62,073 nucleotides of DNA, taken from an uncultured Salinivenus sp. (GTDB lineage: Bacteria > Bacteroidota > Rhodothermia > Rhodothermales > Salinibacteraceae). The DNA lies in the NCBI GenBank assembly GCA_964612165.1, contig CAZTDC010000001.1, positions 1 through 62,073 of the forward strand, written 5' to 3'. Made by a program: the position numbers and the translations under genes. The notes beneath the pieces were generated by a model. It saw only the letters and a list, made by a program, of their open reading frames with translations. It was not told the DNA's origin and made no database searches. Shown one piece after another: positions 1 through 10,548 of this stretch (the stretch's first letter is position 1; every line of letters starts with the position of its first letter).

Positions 1-1184
1 TTTCGCCCCACGACACGGTTGCCGACGCCCGGGACATGATGAGTCACTATTCCATCGGGGGTATTCCCGTCGTTGACGAGTCTAATAAGCTGGTTGGCAT
101 TGTGACGAACCGGGACGTTCGTTTTGAGCTTGAAGGGGATACGCCTATTCGCGAAATGATGACACAGGACGATCTCGTCACGGTACCGGTGGGCACGACG
201 CTCGACCAGGCCGTGCAGATCCTCCAAAATCACAAGGTTGAGAAATTGCCGGTCGTCGACGACGAGGGTTACCTCAAAGGGCTCATTACGTTCAAGGATA
301 TTCGAAAGCGGCGCAAACACCCAAACGCGTGTAAGGATGAACATGGTCGGCTTTGCGTAGGGGCCGCCGTTGGCATAACTCCGCAGGTGCTCGACCGAGT
401 TGCCGCTCTCGTGGAGGTGGGCGTCGACTTCGTCGTGATTGATACGGCGCACGGGCACGCAGACGGCGTCATTGAGACAGTCGAAGAGGTGGCTTCCCGG
501 TTTGAAGGGGAGGTGGAGATCGTTGCCGGAAATGTCGGCACGGCCGAAGGGACCCGTGATTTGATTGAAGCAGGGGCCGACTGTGTAAAAGTTGGAATCG
601 GGCCGGGATCGATTTGTACGACCCGTGTGGTGGCTGGGGTCGGCGTGCCGCAGCTCACCGCCATCATGGAGTGCGCTGAGGTCGCTCAGTCGCAGGGCAT
701 TCCCATCATCGCCGATGGCGGCATCAAGCAGACGGGCGACATTCCGAAGGCGCTGGCGGCGGGGGCGAATGCCGTCATGATTGGTGGTCTCTTCGCCAGT
801 GTGGAAGAGAGTCCTGGAGAGACCATTATTTACGAGGGGCGAAAATACAAGTCCTATCGTGGCATGGGCTCTGTTGGAGCGATGGGGGCTGGAAGCAAAG
901 ACCGGTACTTCCAGGACGCCGAGGATGACTTGGAGAAGCTTGTCCCCGAGGGGGTAGAGGGACGGGTGCCGTATAGTGGTACCCTTAGCGAAGTCATTCA
1001 TCAGATGACCGGGGGATTGCGAGCGGCGATGGGCTACACGGGCTGCGAGACCGTTCCTAAGCTCTACGAGGAAGGCCAGTTCGTCCGCACAACGGCTGCC
1101 GGGATCCGGGAAAGCCATCCGCACGACGTGGAAATTACGCAGGAGTCGCCGAACTACTACTCCGGCCGCAACAGTCGAGAATAG
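1..1184 (+). CDS. guaB: IMP dehydrogenase (5'-truncated by window edge)
   Basis: CBS-domain segment, then DTAHGH, catalytic loop [23 protein letters not shown] and PEGVEG; the frame is open back to the window start. Confidence 0.97.
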   Translation, partial: SPHDTVADARDMMSHYSIGGIPVVDESNKLVGIVTNRDVRFELEGDTPIREMMTQDDLVTVPVGTTLDQAVQILQNHKVEKLPVVDDEGYLKGLITFKDIRKRRKHPNACKDEHGRLCVGAAVGITPQVLDRVAALVEVGVDFVVIDTAHGHADGVIETVEEVASRFEGEVEIVAGNVGTAEGTRDLIEAGADCVKVGIGPGSICTTRVVAGVGVPQLTAIMECAEVAQSQGIPIIADGGIKQTGDIPKALAAGANAVMIGGLFASVEESPGETIIYEGRKYKSYRGMGSVGAMGAGSKDRYFQDAEDDLEKLVPEGVEGRVPYSGTLSEVIHQMTGGLRAAMGYTGCETVPKLYEEGQFVRTTAAGIRESHPHDVEITQESPNYYSGRNSRE

Positions 1185-1423
1185 TGACGTTGCGCACCGT
1201 TTCTAAGAGGCCCGTTCGAAATTGCTCGGGGTGATTGATTGCCTCTGCGTGGTGTCCGAAGTCTTCATGTGAAGAAGGACCGGAAGCCTCTCTCGGTATC
1301 GCACTTGAGAAGGTCTGGGCACTGGGTCTTAGGACCACTGCTCCTGCGGTCTGAAGGCCCATGGTGTAGTTAACCACCACCCTGCACAAGCTTCTCCGCT
1401 CATGCAGTCTACAAGCTACCTAA

Positions 1424-2494
1424 ATGTCAGATCGAGTCCCTCAGGTACGAAAACGTCTCCACGAGTTGCAGGCTGACGCTGTCCTGCTTTCTTCGCTGTC
1501 CAACATTCGATGGGCGTGTGGCTTCACAGGCTCGAATGGTCTCCTTCTTGTTGGAAAGGACGGAGCCGTCTTTGTTACGGACGGACGGTATACCGAGCAA
1601 GCCCAGCAGGAAGTGGAAGGGGCCGACGTCGTTATCGCAGAGGAAGGGCTTCTCTCACGCCTCAAAGACCTGGACTATCTTGATGGTTTGGAACGGGTTG
1701 TCTTTCAGGCCGACCACGTTACGGTCGCCAGGCGAGAGAAGCTTGATGAGCACCTTTCTGAGATCGAATGGGACGGAGTAAGCGACATTCTGACTCATCA
1801 GATTGGTTCGAAAGAGGACGTTGAGGTCGACCAGATCCGCCGCTCGCAGGAGATTACGGAGTCGGTCTTTGAGCATATTCTCGGCCTGCTAGAACCGGGT
1901 GTGACGGAGCAAGAGGTCGCCGCCGAGATTACTTATCAGCACTTGACGCGGGGAGCGGAGAAAATGTCGTTTGACCCGATTGTGGCTTCAGGACCGAACG
2001 GTGCACGTCCCCACGCCCGTCCCACGGACCGAGAGCTTCGGTCCGGTGAACTTGTCGTCCTCGACATGGGATGCTTTCGGGATGGATATGCATCGGATAT
2101 GACGCGGACCGTGGCTATTGGGGACCCTCCTGATTCTATACGCTGGGGGTACGAGGTCGTGCGTGAGGCCCAACAGCGGGCGATCGATGCGGCGCGCGCC
2201 GGCCTCAAGAGCAAAGATCTGGATGGAGTTGCTCGTGGGGTGATTGAGGAGGCGGGATTGGGGGAGCAGTTTTCACACGGACTGGGTCACGGAATTGGGC
2301 TGGAGGTGCATGAATGGCCGCGGGTGTCGAAGACTGTCGATACCGAACTACCGGAGGGAGCATGTGTCACCATCGAGCCGGGCGTGTACGTACCGGAGGA
2401 GGGATATGGCGTTCGGATTGAGGATATCGTTGCGCTTCACTCTGAAGGCGTTCAAAACTTGACGAGCGCGTCAAAAGATTTGAGGGTACTGTAA
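1424..2494 (+). CDS. Xaa-Pro aminopeptidase/dipeptidase, M24 family
   Basis: Creatinase-like N-domain (FVTDGRY); metal ligands in LDMG, SDMTRT, HGLGHGIGLEVHE, TIEPG and VRIED. Confidence 0.93.
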   Translation: MSDRVPQVRKRLHELQADAVLLSSLSNIRWACGFTGSNGLLLVGKDGAVFVTDGRYTEQAQQEVEGADVVIAEEGLLSRLKDLDYLDGLERVVFQADHVTVARREKLDEHLSEIEWDGVSDILTHQIGSKEDVEVDQIRRSQEITESVFEHILGLLEPGVTEQEVAAEITYQHLTRGAEKMSFDPIVASGPNGARPHARPTDRELRSGELVVLDMGCFRDGYASDMTRTVAIGDPPDSIRWGYEVVREAQQRAIDAARAGLKSKDLDGVARGVIEEAGLGEQFSHGLGHGIGLEVHEWPRVSKTVDTELPEGACVTIEPGVYVPEEGYGVRIEDIVALHSEGVQNLTSASKDLRVL

Positions 2495-2545
2495 GAGGTT
2501 CGTTTCCGCTGATTGAGAGGGGACGAGGGTTTCTAGGAGGTTAGT

Positions 2546-2557
2546 TCCGTTATTGCA
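2546..2557 (+). repeat. Copy of recurrent intergenic 12-mer TCCGTTATTGCA
   Basis: Exact match, immediately before the ATG at 2558; reverse-complement copies at 19029, 25709 and 30250. Confidence 0.8.
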
Positions 2558-5500
2558 ATGTGCTGGTTACAATATTTAGGAAATGCCCTACTAGGAATAG
2601 CAACGGTATTGGCGTGTATCTTCCAACCAGCTCAGTCTCAGCCAAAACAGCAGGACGATAATGCCGAGCTGATCGTTCGTCCAGAGGAGGGAGTCAGTTT
2701 GCAAGAGACGCTTAAGAGCGGCGCCGTTCCGAAAACAACGGGTGACTCCCTTTTCACAGGTGTCCAGTCGATCTCTTCTGTCTTCGATGTCTCCCGGACA
2801 TTACAGAAGGATCGGAAGAAGGCTGTATCTATCCCGGCTTATCGACTCAGCGCCTCCGATTCCGCCTCGTTCCGCCGTCTACGTACGCGTTGGCAGCAGC
2901 ATCCCGACGTCCGCTACGCCCACGCAAATGTTACTTTCAGTGTGAACGCGGACTCGAACTCGTCCTTGATGCGTACCGGTCCCGTATTACGAAATGACAA
3001 TGTCCTGGCCGACAGCCTTGATCATCTTCGGGTCGTTCAGGCCCTCGATGCTTGGTCTGCTACAACCGGAACGACTGACGTCAACATCGGGATAGTCGAC
3101 ACGGGCCTATTTTTGAACCACCCCGACCTTGCTGATCAGTTCTGGATCAATGAGCCCGAGGACATCAACGATAACGGTCAGTTTGATCCCTATCCCGCCG
3201 ATCAGGGGGGAGACCTGAATGGGGTCGACGATGACGGCAATGGATACGTGGACGACGTCGTCGGATACGATTTTATCGACCGCCCCGACGCGATTCCCGC
3301 CGGAGAGTTCGACGATCGCGACCCGATTCCCTCAGCTGATTCCCTTGGTGGATTCAGTTGGCACGGGACTGCCGTTGCAGGGGTTGCCACTTCAAGACCC
3401 GGCGATCCGCAGGAAGGGATTGCGGGGGTGGCTCCGGATACCCGCCTCGTTGCGCTCCGGGCGTTCGGTCGGGATGGACGAGGACGAACCGATGATATCG
3501 CTTCTGCAATCGTCTACGGGGCGGAAAAGAACCTCGATGTGCTCAATCTGTCATTCGGGCGCGATCGGGCTGTGCCCCTGATTGAGGAGGCGATCGAGTA
3601 CACCAATGCACAGGGGACGATCCTGGTTGGCTCGGCCGGAAACAACCTGACCGACGCTCCCCACTATCCTTCCGACTATCCAGACGTTTTGTCGGTCGTC
3701 TGGCTGGGCGAGGACGGGGAGTTGCCGAGGGTGAATCGGAGTCAGTTTGGAATCGGCGTGGACTTGGGAGCCCCTGGCACCAATGTGTATACGACTGATT
3801 TTCCGGCGGACAAGCTTCGAGCAGGAGACGAATTGACCCGGTCCGATCTGTACCGGTCCCCGAATGGATCTTCGTTTTCGGCCCCGCAGGTGGCCGGCGC
3901 AGCGGCCCTGCTCCGCTCATTTGATTCTTCCTTATCCCCAGCTTCGATTCGAAGCATCCTTACCGCGACGGCGGAGGACATCGAGGGTGCGAACTGGGAT
4001 CATAAAACAGGGGCGGGGCTGCTCAATGTTAAACGGGCCCTGTCACGAGCCTATCCTGCCCGAACCGAAATCAACCGTCCCGCACACAACCAGGGGGTGA
4101 CTGGGCAGTCTTTCATTCCAGTTGTTGGAACGGCGGTGGATCCCGCCTTCAAGGACTACGCACTTTACTACGCTGAGGGGACCAAGAATCTCGATCAGCG
4201 TCCCGACCCCTGGTCTCAAATTCGTTCGCCCAGGTCCACACAAGTGCTTCGTGACACGCTTGGTGTCTGGAACGTGACGGGGTTGGAGGAGGGAGAGTAC
4301 ACGCTTCGACTCGTCACGACGCTTCAAGACGGACGCACCGTTGAGGATCGCAGGCGTCTTCGTGTCGATAACTCATCCCCGGAGATCGATCTACAATTTC
4401 TTGGAATCGGGCGGGTGGAGGGAGAAAATGGCATTGTGGCAGATGTGAAGACCGACGACCCAACAAGGGTGCGGTTACAAGTTCAGCTTGGCAACCAGAC
4501 AGAGACGGTTATTAGCGAATACCAGGCCCGACGCCAGTCTCTTACTTGGGCGGACGATCAAGGCAAGGGAGGGAGGGCACGTCTGCAGTTGTCCGCGACG
4601 AATGCGACGGGACTTACCACGACGCTTGACACGACGCTTCAGATTCCGACCACACAGGAGAACACCGGCCTTTTACGACGCACGACGACTTCGCTGCCCC
4701 GTGGGCGCCTACTACCTAAAACGGTGGACTTTGACGAGGATGGGTTGAAGGAGGTTGTCCTGAACCAATTCAAAGAAGGGGGTGTCACGGACACCCTTCG
4801 CTCATTCGAGTGGGCCGGGTCGGGACTGGTTCCGAAGGATACACTTGCGATTGGTCCGTTTCTGCCGAAGGACGTAGGGGATACCAACGGGGACGGATTG
4901 CAAGAACTCCTTCTTCAGGTGCGGGGCGCGACCCTTCTCCTTGAACAGCCAAATCGATCGGCATTTCCTACAGATCTGATCTTTGCCGACACGTCTCGCA
5001 TCTCAAATGCCCCCGGGGATACCTTGAATGGAGCACGCCTTACGGACCTGGACACGGACGGACAGGGAGAAATTTTAGGAAGCTTCGAGAGAGAGTGGAA
5101 GCTACTGGAGCGAAAGATCGCCGGTTTTCAGGAGATTGCACGGCTTGAAAATCCCACCGAACTTGGCCCTGACACCTCCCTGGGCAACGTCTTCGACTTC
5201 CAGGAAGCGGCGACTGGCGATTTCGATGGCGATGGGCGGCGCAATTTGCTTGTTGGGGACCGGGATGGCGACCTGATTGTGTACGAGGCCACAGGTGACG
5301 ATCAAATCGAGCCTTCTTGGACCTTCGAAACCGACCGCATGAATGCGGGGACTCGATTCGCCACCGGAGACTTCTCGGGAATGGGTCGAACAGACTTCGT
5401 CACCATGACGGCTCGATTGGAGGCTCCCGAGATCAGCTACTACTCGGTATGGCGTCGGGCCGGCGACAACGACTACGAGCGTGCCTTTCGGCTCCCGATT

Positions 5501-6892
5501 CCAGGCACCTACACGGATCTTGGTGCGATCGCAGCGGAGGACGTAGACGGTGACAGTCGTCCTGAGGTAATCATCGGTCACCCTCCGTCCTTGATCGTGT
5601 TGGATCGGTCGTCGGACGGTAGTTGGCGAGTGCTCTATGAAGATAGAACCTCGTCTCTCCTGAGTCGGAGTCTGCTGGTTGCCGACGTATCCGGATCGGG
5701 ACAACCCTCTGTGTATGTCGGCACGAACGACAATAAACTGGTTCGGTACGTTGTTGATGAGACTGCCCTCAGTGTCCCGCCACCGGAATGGACGGAAGCT
5801 CGGCCTACCGGCGCGTCATCAACCCGACTGGTGTGGCGCGCCCCAGAGGCCGACTCCGTGACTGTGCACGCCGGGCGTCCGAAGGGAGAACTGAATCCCG
5901 TTGTGACCACGACGGATTCCTCGGTCTCGATTGATGGCACAGCGTCCCAACGTTATGCCGTACGAGCCTCGCGGAATGGAACCCGATCGCCCCTTTCGGA
6001 CCGCCGAACGGTTCGCCCGCATCCGCCCGCTACGGTCGGGAGTATGTCGTATCCAGGGCCCTCGACCGTCCGACTCCAGTTCACGGAGCCTTTGCTCCGC
6101 AGCATCCGCGCCGATCAGTTCCATTTCGGGACGGATGCCTCCTCTCCTGAACGCCTGGTCCGGGTGCGTAACGGCACAGAGGTCGTGCTTCACTTTACAG
6201 AGGACGTGGCTGGACGCACGGGGCAACTTACCTGGAGCAAGCTGGCTGATACCTCCGGCCTCGGCGTTGGACAAACGGCCGCCACCGTGTCCTTCCCCAC
6301 CGCTGAGAAGAAGCGCCTGTTTATTGAGGAGGTGACAATTCTCAGCGAACGGCAGGTGCGGCTCTCGTTTAGCGCTCCTCTCAATCCGGAGGCAGCCCAG
6401 GAGCGAAACAGGTACAAGTTAAACCCGCGAGGTCGGGTCGCGAGTGTGGAACTGAGCGATGATTCGTCGAAGACTGTCACGCTTGACATTGAGAACCTCG
6501 TGATCGGCGCGAGTGGAACAGAGTCGTCCTTAACTGTCACAGAAATGATTAGCGATCGTGGAAACCGGTTGTCCGAGGAGGGAGGAACTGTTCGTCTCAC
6601 GAGGCCGGCAGACGACCTGTCCAACGTGTACGTGTATCCGAACCCGCATCGGGCTCAAACACACGGGAAGGAACTTACCATTGCAGGGCTTCCGCCGGAG
6701 GCCACCGTTCGCATCTATGCACCGAGTGGTCGTCTCGTGCGCGTGCTTCCCGTCCAGAACAACCGCGATGGGGGACGTCAATGGGACCTTCGAGATCGGA
6801 GGGGGGAACGGGTTCCCTCGGGGGTCTACCTCATCCGTGTAAATGCGCCGGAGCAGTCCCCGGTCCTCGAAAAGGCGGCTGTTATTCGCTAA
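2558..6892 (+). CDS. Secreted S8 (subtilisin-like) serine peptidase with FG-GAP/VCBS-like repeats and T9SS/FlgD-like C-terminal domain
   Basis: Signal peptide; catalytic triad IVDTG, HGTAVAG, NGSSFSAP; repeated DxDGDG motifs; C-terminus YPNP...GRLVR...SGVYLIRV. Confidence 0.9.
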   Translation: MCWLQYLGNALLGIATVLACIFQPAQSQPKQQDDNAELIVRPEEGVSLQETLKSGAVPKTTGDSLFTGVQSISSVFDVSRTLQKDRKKAVSIPAYRLSASDSASFRRLRTRWQQHPDVRYAHANVTFSVNADSNSSLMRTGPVLRNDNVLADSLDHLRVVQALDAWSATTGTTDVNIGIVDTGLFLNHPDLADQFWINEPEDINDNGQFDPYPADQGGDLNGVDDDGNGYVDDVVGYDFIDRPDAIPAGEFDDRDPIPSADSLGGFSWHGTAVAGVATSRPGDPQEGIAGVAPDTRLVALRAFGRDGRGRTDDIASAIVYGAEKNLDVLNLSFGRDRAVPLIEEAIEYTNAQGTILVGSAGNNLTDAPHYPSDYPDVLSVVWLGEDGELPRVNRSQFGIGVDLGAPGTNVYTTDFPADKLRAGDELTRSDLYRSPNGSSFSAPQVAGAAALLRSFDSSLSPASIRSILTATAEDIEGANWDHKTGAGLLNVKRALSRAYPARTEINRPAHNQGVTGQSFIPVVGTAVDPAFKDYALYYAEGTKNLDQRPDPWSQIRSPRSTQVLRDTLGVWNVTGLEEGEYTLRLVTTLQDGRTVEDRRRLRVDNSSPEIDLQFLGIGRVEGENGIVADVKTDDPTRVRLQVQLGNQTETVISEYQARRQSLTWADDQGKGGRARLQLSATNATGLTTTLDTTLQIPTTQENTGLLRRTTTSLPRGRLLPKTVDFDEDGLKEVVLNQFKEGGVTDTLRSFEWAGSGLVPKDTLAIGPFLPKDVGDTNGDGLQELLLQVRGATLLLEQPNRSAFPTDLIFADTSRISNAPGDTLNGARLTDLDTDGQGEILGSFEREWKLLERKIAGFQEIARLENPTELGPDTSLGNVFDFQEAATGDFDGDGRRNLLVGDRDGDLIVYEATGDDQIEPSWTFETDRMNAGTRFATGDFSGMGRTDFVTMTARLEAPEISYYSVWRRAGDNDYERAFRLPIPGTYTDLGAIAAEDVDGDSRPEVIIGHPPSLIVLDRSSDGSWRVLYEDRTSSLLSRSLLVADVSGSGQPSVYVGTNDNKLVRYVVDETALSVPPPEWTEARPTGASSTRLVWRAPEADSVTVHAGRPKGELNPVVTTTDSSVSIDGTASQRYAVRASRNGTRSPLSDRRTVRPHPPATVGSMSYPGPSTVRLQFTEPLLRSIRADQFHFGTDASSPERLVRVRNGTEVVLHFTEDVAGRTGQLTWSKLADTSGLGVGQTAATVSFPTAEKKRLFIEEVTILSERQVRLSFSAPLNPEAAQERNRYKLNPRGRVASVELSDDSSKTVTLDIENLVIGASGTESSLTVTEMISDRGNRLSEEGGTVRLTRPADDLSNVYVYPNPHRAQTHGKELTIAGLPPEATVRIYAPSGRLVRVLPVQNNRDGGRQWDLRDRRGERVPSGVYLIRVNAPEQSPVLEKAAVIR

Positions 6893-6982
6893 ACAGAGTC
6901 ATACGGCAGAAGAGCACGGCTTCGACCGCAAACGACACTACACTCCATCAAGACGGTCCCCCAAGGAGACATCCGGATCCAC

Positions 6983-8344
6983 ATGAGTACGATGGGTCAA
7001 CACGCCAACGGGACCGATCGACTCTTGATCGGAGGTACGGTCGTTTCGTTACTCGTCTGCCCCTTGCTTGCGTCTACGCCCGAGGCGTGGCCGGGACTGG
7101 TGGCGCTTTCGTTCGTCGCGTGCGGCGGCCTCCTCTGGCTCTGGAAACGCGATCCGCTTACACGGACGCAGGTGCTTTGGGGGGCACTCCTTCTCCGACT
7201 GGCGTTTCTCCCGCTGCTTCCCGGTCTCACGGACGATTTTTATCGATATGTTTGGGATGGTTGGATTCAGATAGCGGGCATCAATCCTTATCGGTTCGCA
7301 CCAAAGCACGAGGCCCTTGTGCCCTTTCAGACCACCCCTCTCTACGAGCAGCTTAACTCGCAGGCCTATTACAGCGTCTATCCGCCCCTCACGCAGCTGC
7401 TCTTTGCATTTGGTGGGTGGGTATACACGGCATTGGGCTGGCACGCGGCGTACTACGGATTGAAAGGACTCTTCGTCGCTGCCGAGTTCGGTGGGGTGCT
7501 GGTGCTGAGCCGCCTAACCACACCGCGCAACCTTCTGTTGTATGCCTGGAACCCGCTTGTTTTGCTCGAAACGGCGGGACAAGGACACACCGAAGCCCTG
7601 CTGATCCCTTTTCTCGTGGGACTGATCTGGGCCGTTCAGCACGGGTCTGGACGATGGGCCTCCGTTGCAGTAGCCGGAGCTGGCATGATCAAACTTTATC
7701 CCTTCGTGCTGGGCCCGTTTTTGATTCGTCGACATGGCTGGTCCGCCGTCTGGCCCGGGGGACTTGTTGTGATTGGACTGAGTCTTCCGTACGTGGCCCC
7801 GTACGCGCTTCCACATCTGAAGAGTTCAGTGGATTTGTTCGCCGAACTCTTTGAGTTTAACGCGGGTCCCTACTACTTGATAAAACATGCCTTCTGGCTG
7901 TTCACGGGGGCCGACTGGAGCAAGCAGATTGGGCCAGTGTTCCGATACTCGTTTCTCGTACTACTTCCGGTGCTGTACACGTTGGATTGGTGGCGAGACT
8001 GGTCCATGCGATGGGCGACACTGCTCACTATCGGAGTGTTTCTGATTTTCAGCACCACCGTGCATCCGTGGTACCTGCTTCCCGTGCTCGCCCTCGGGGT
8101 GTTGCATCATCGTCCAAGCTGGCCATGGTTTTGGCTCGGGGCGTTCTCGATTGGGACGTACTTGTTCTACACCGGTGGCTCGTATTGGATCTGGGTCATC
8201 CTCGGTTGGGGAGGAGCGGCGCTCCTCGCCCTGAGGTTGTATGCCGAGTCTTTTCGGGCTCTTTTTGCAGAACTGCAAGACGCTCTGTCACGTCGCCCTG
8301 ATACGGAAGACGTTCCTCCAAGAGTTCAGGCAGACTCCACGTAG
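6983..8344 (+). CDS. Polytopic membrane glycosyltransferase, GT-C fold (GT87/DUF2029-like)
   Basis: Many TM helices; DDFYRYVWDG, YPPL, YAWNPL, GHTE, IKLYP and HPWY motifs; convergent with miaA (19 bp overlap). Confidence 0.75.
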   Translation: MSTMGQHANGTDRLLIGGTVVSLLVCPLLASTPEAWPGLVALSFVACGGLLWLWKRDPLTRTQVLWGALLLRLAFLPLLPGLTDDFYRYVWDGWIQIAGINPYRFAPKHEALVPFQTTPLYEQLNSQAYYSVYPPLTQLLFAFGGWVYTALGWHAAYYGLKGLFVAAEFGGVLVLSRLTTPRNLLLYAWNPLVLLETAGQGHTEALLIPFLVGLIWAVQHGSGRWASVAVAGAGMIKLYPFVLGPFLIRRHGWSAVWPGGLVVIGLSLPYVAPYALPHLKSSVDLFAELFEFNAGPYYLIKHAFWLFTGADWSKQIGPVFRYSFLVLLPVLYTLDWWRDWSMRWATLLTIGVFLIFSTTVHPWYLLPVLALGVLHHRPSWPWFWLGAFSIGTYLFYTGGSYWIWVILGWGGAALLALRLYAESFRALFAELQDALSRRPDTEDVPPRVQADST

Positions 8345-9267
8345 GTGAGGATGTCTTCAGGCGTCGTTGTAGGGGCCTCGAGCCACTCGTATTCGTCGTA
8401 GCGGCGGAACCAGGTCAGTTGCCGCTTGGCGTAGCGTCGCGTGTTGCGCTTCACCAGCCGGACCATCTCGTTGTAGTCTTTGATCTCCCCGCGCAGGTAC
8501 TGGATGGGTTCGCGGTACCCGATGGTGCTGAGCGGTGGTTCATCGAGTTGGACACCATCAATCTCCATCACCGCCCGTACTTCGTCGAGCAGGCCGTCTT
8601 CCAGCATGCGGTCCACTCGCTGATTGATACGGTCGTAGAGCTTCTGGCGGTCACGATTGAGAACAACAGTCGTAAACGTGTATGGGGGCTCCGGCTGGTT
8701 TTCGTGGTAGTGGCTGAGCGGCTTTCCCGTGCCGTGGTACACTTCGAGCGCCCGAATTACGCGTTGTGTCTTCGTGGGGTCCGACTTTTTGGCCTGTTTG
8801 GGGTCGACCTCTTTAAGTTCTTCGTATAGCGCCTCCGTTCCCTCTTCGTCGAGCCGCTCTTCGAGCCAGTCACGAACCTCATTGTCCACGTCGGGGATAT
8901 CGGCGAGGCCGTACTGGAGGGCATGGAGGTAGAGCGTCGCCCCGCCGACGACGAGGGGATAGTTATCCCGATCTAGGATGGAGCGGATCCGCTCATTGGC
9001 TTCGTCTGCGTAGGTTCCGGCCGAAAACGGATCGTGGAGCGTTCGCTCGCCAATAAAGTGGTGCGGCACGCGCTCCTGAGCCTCGGGACTGGGTTTAGCG
9101 GTTCCGATCGTCAGTTCCTCGTACACCTGCCGGCTGTCGGCCGAGATGATTTCGGCTCCGAGTTCTTCAGCGACCTCGAGACTCAGTTCGGTTTTCCCAA
9201 CCGCCGTGGGACCAGTGATCGTGAGAAAGGGTCCTGAGTCTGAAGGAGGTACCTGTGAGAAAGACAT
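8326..9267 (-). CDS. miaA: tRNA dimethylallyltransferase
   Basis: GPTAVGKT P-loop, ISADSRQVY, GTAKPS, VGGATLY, RALEV, TRRYAKRQLTWFR. Confidence 0.97.
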   Translation of the reverse strand: MSFSQVPPSDSGPFLTITGPTAVGKTELSLEVAEELGAEIISADSRQVYEELTIGTAKPSPEAQERVPHHFIGERTLHDPFSAGTYADEANERIRSILDRDNYPLVVGGATLYLHALQYGLADIPDVDNEVRDWLEERLDEEGTEALYEELKEVDPKQAKKSDPTKTQRVIRALEVYHGTGKPLSHYHENQPEPPYTFTTVVLNRDRQKLYDRINQRVDRMLEDGLLDEVRAVMEIDGVQLDEPPLSTIGYREPIQYLRGEIKDYNEMVRLVKRNTRRYAKRQLTWFRRYDEYEWLEAPTTTPEDILTYVESA

Positions 9268-9343
9268 ACACGAAGGCTCATCTCTTTACACTTCAACGGC
9301 AAGGAGGCGCCTGAATATGACGTCCGGCGGTCGGGTTCCTCTA

Positions 9344-9384
9344 GAAAATAGAAAAGCCCACCGTCGAAAACCTCGACGGTGGGC
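9344..9384 (-). terminator. Intrinsic terminator of the xanthorhodopsin gene
   Basis: 12-bp perfect stem GCCCACCGTCGA/TCGACGGTGGGC (9356-9384) followed on the minus strand by TTTTCTATTTTC. Confidence 0.85.
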
Positions 9385-9408
9385 AGAGTGCTAGAACGAG
9401 AGAATGTT

Positions 9409-10227
9409 CTAGGCAGTTGCCGAAGCAGGGTCGGTCATCTCATTTACGTCATAGCCTTCTTCAATAGACTTCTGAAGGGCAATGTTGTAGATGAGCACAC
9501 CGTAACCAGCCTTCGCTGTGATGTCGGCGATGGTATAGCCAACCTGCAGAGTCACCATTGTACCCGGTGCTTCAGATGGGAACCCGGTCGTAAACATCGG
9601 CACCATGTAGACGATTGGGTACCAGCCCCAAGTGAGAAGCAGGAGCAGCCGGGCATTTTTGAGCAGCGTCGTGACCTTTTCCGACTGACGGGAAAGGACA
9701 TCCCCGAGTCCGGCAAAAAGCTTGTACAGCACGTAAATAAAGGGAAGCGTGCTGAGGAAGCCCCAGAGACCGCGCGTACCGAAGAGTTCGGTGTTGGCGC
9801 TCGCCTCGCCGGGGTACCCAAGTGCAATCATCAGAGCGGCACCGATTCCCAGCTTCGCAGCTAGCGGGCCACTCTCGCCCTCGGGCAGATCCATGACGAG
9901 CACAAGTTCAACGGTCAGGAGGGGGACAGTCAGGAGCCAGTCGACGTACCGGTAGGCGTCGTTGAAGAGATCACCGGTGGGCTCATACATCCCATTCGCG
10001 AGTTGGTAGGCGCCTGTCCAACTCTGTGAGATCCGGAAGTAATGGTATCCGGCGATGAAGACCACCAGCGCCGAGACCATCATTGAGATCCGGTACTTCG
10101 GCGCGAGGTTCTTCTGCGCCATGACAAAGAAGACGAACGCCGCTGCCATACACGCAATGGTGAACGAGAACATGTTGAACACCAGGGAATACTGGCCTGG
10201 CGTAAGGACGGGAAGTTCCTGTAGCAT
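9409..10227 (-). CDS. Xanthorhodopsin (light-driven proton pump with carotenoid antenna site)
   Basis: MLQELP N-terminus as in S. ruber XR; GYHY His; RYVDWLLTVPLLTVE (D-T-E motif); WGFLST Gly at the fenestration position; retinal Lys in DITAKAGYG. Confidence 0.96.
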   Translation of the reverse strand: MLQELPVLTPGQYSLVFNMFSFTIACMAAAFVFFVMAQKNLAPKYRISMMVSALVVFIAGYHYFRISQSWTGAYQLANGMYEPTGDLFNDAYRYVDWLLTVPLLTVELVLVMDLPEGESGPLAAKLGIGAALMIALGYPGEASANTELFGTRGLWGFLSTLPFIYVLYKLFAGLGDVLSRQSEKVTTLLKNARLLLLLTWGWYPIVYMVPMFTTGFPSEAPGTMVTLQVGYTIADITAKAGYGVLIYNIALQKSIEEGYDVNEMTDPASATA

Positions 10228-10273
10228 AGGTAAGCCTCCGATTGTTGGGTGATATTACGACAATGGGGTGAAG

Positions 10274-10312
10274 AAAAATGCTACTTGTTGAAGGGATGCC
10301 TCAACAGTAGCA
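10274..10312 (-). terminator. Terminator-like hairpin between crtY and xanthorhodopsin
   Basis: Minus strand TGCTACTGTTGA-9nt-TCAACAAGTAGCA (one bulge) followed by TTTTT. Confidence 0.5.
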
Positions 10313-10548
10313 GTACATCTCTTTAGGATGACTCCATCGGAAATAAGGGAGGAAAGCGCTCCTAACGGAGGGCTTGCTCCCGGGAAGAAACCCCTTCCAG
10401 AACCGCCAAAATATTTCTTCCAATTTACTGGTAGAGCCAAGATCAGGCCGTCCTGGATTACATTTCGCATCACTAATATAATTGGCGAGGAACTCGGTCC
10501 CAATCTTTGCCCGCCAAGAATTGTAAGTATAGGGTTATAAACCTTGCC

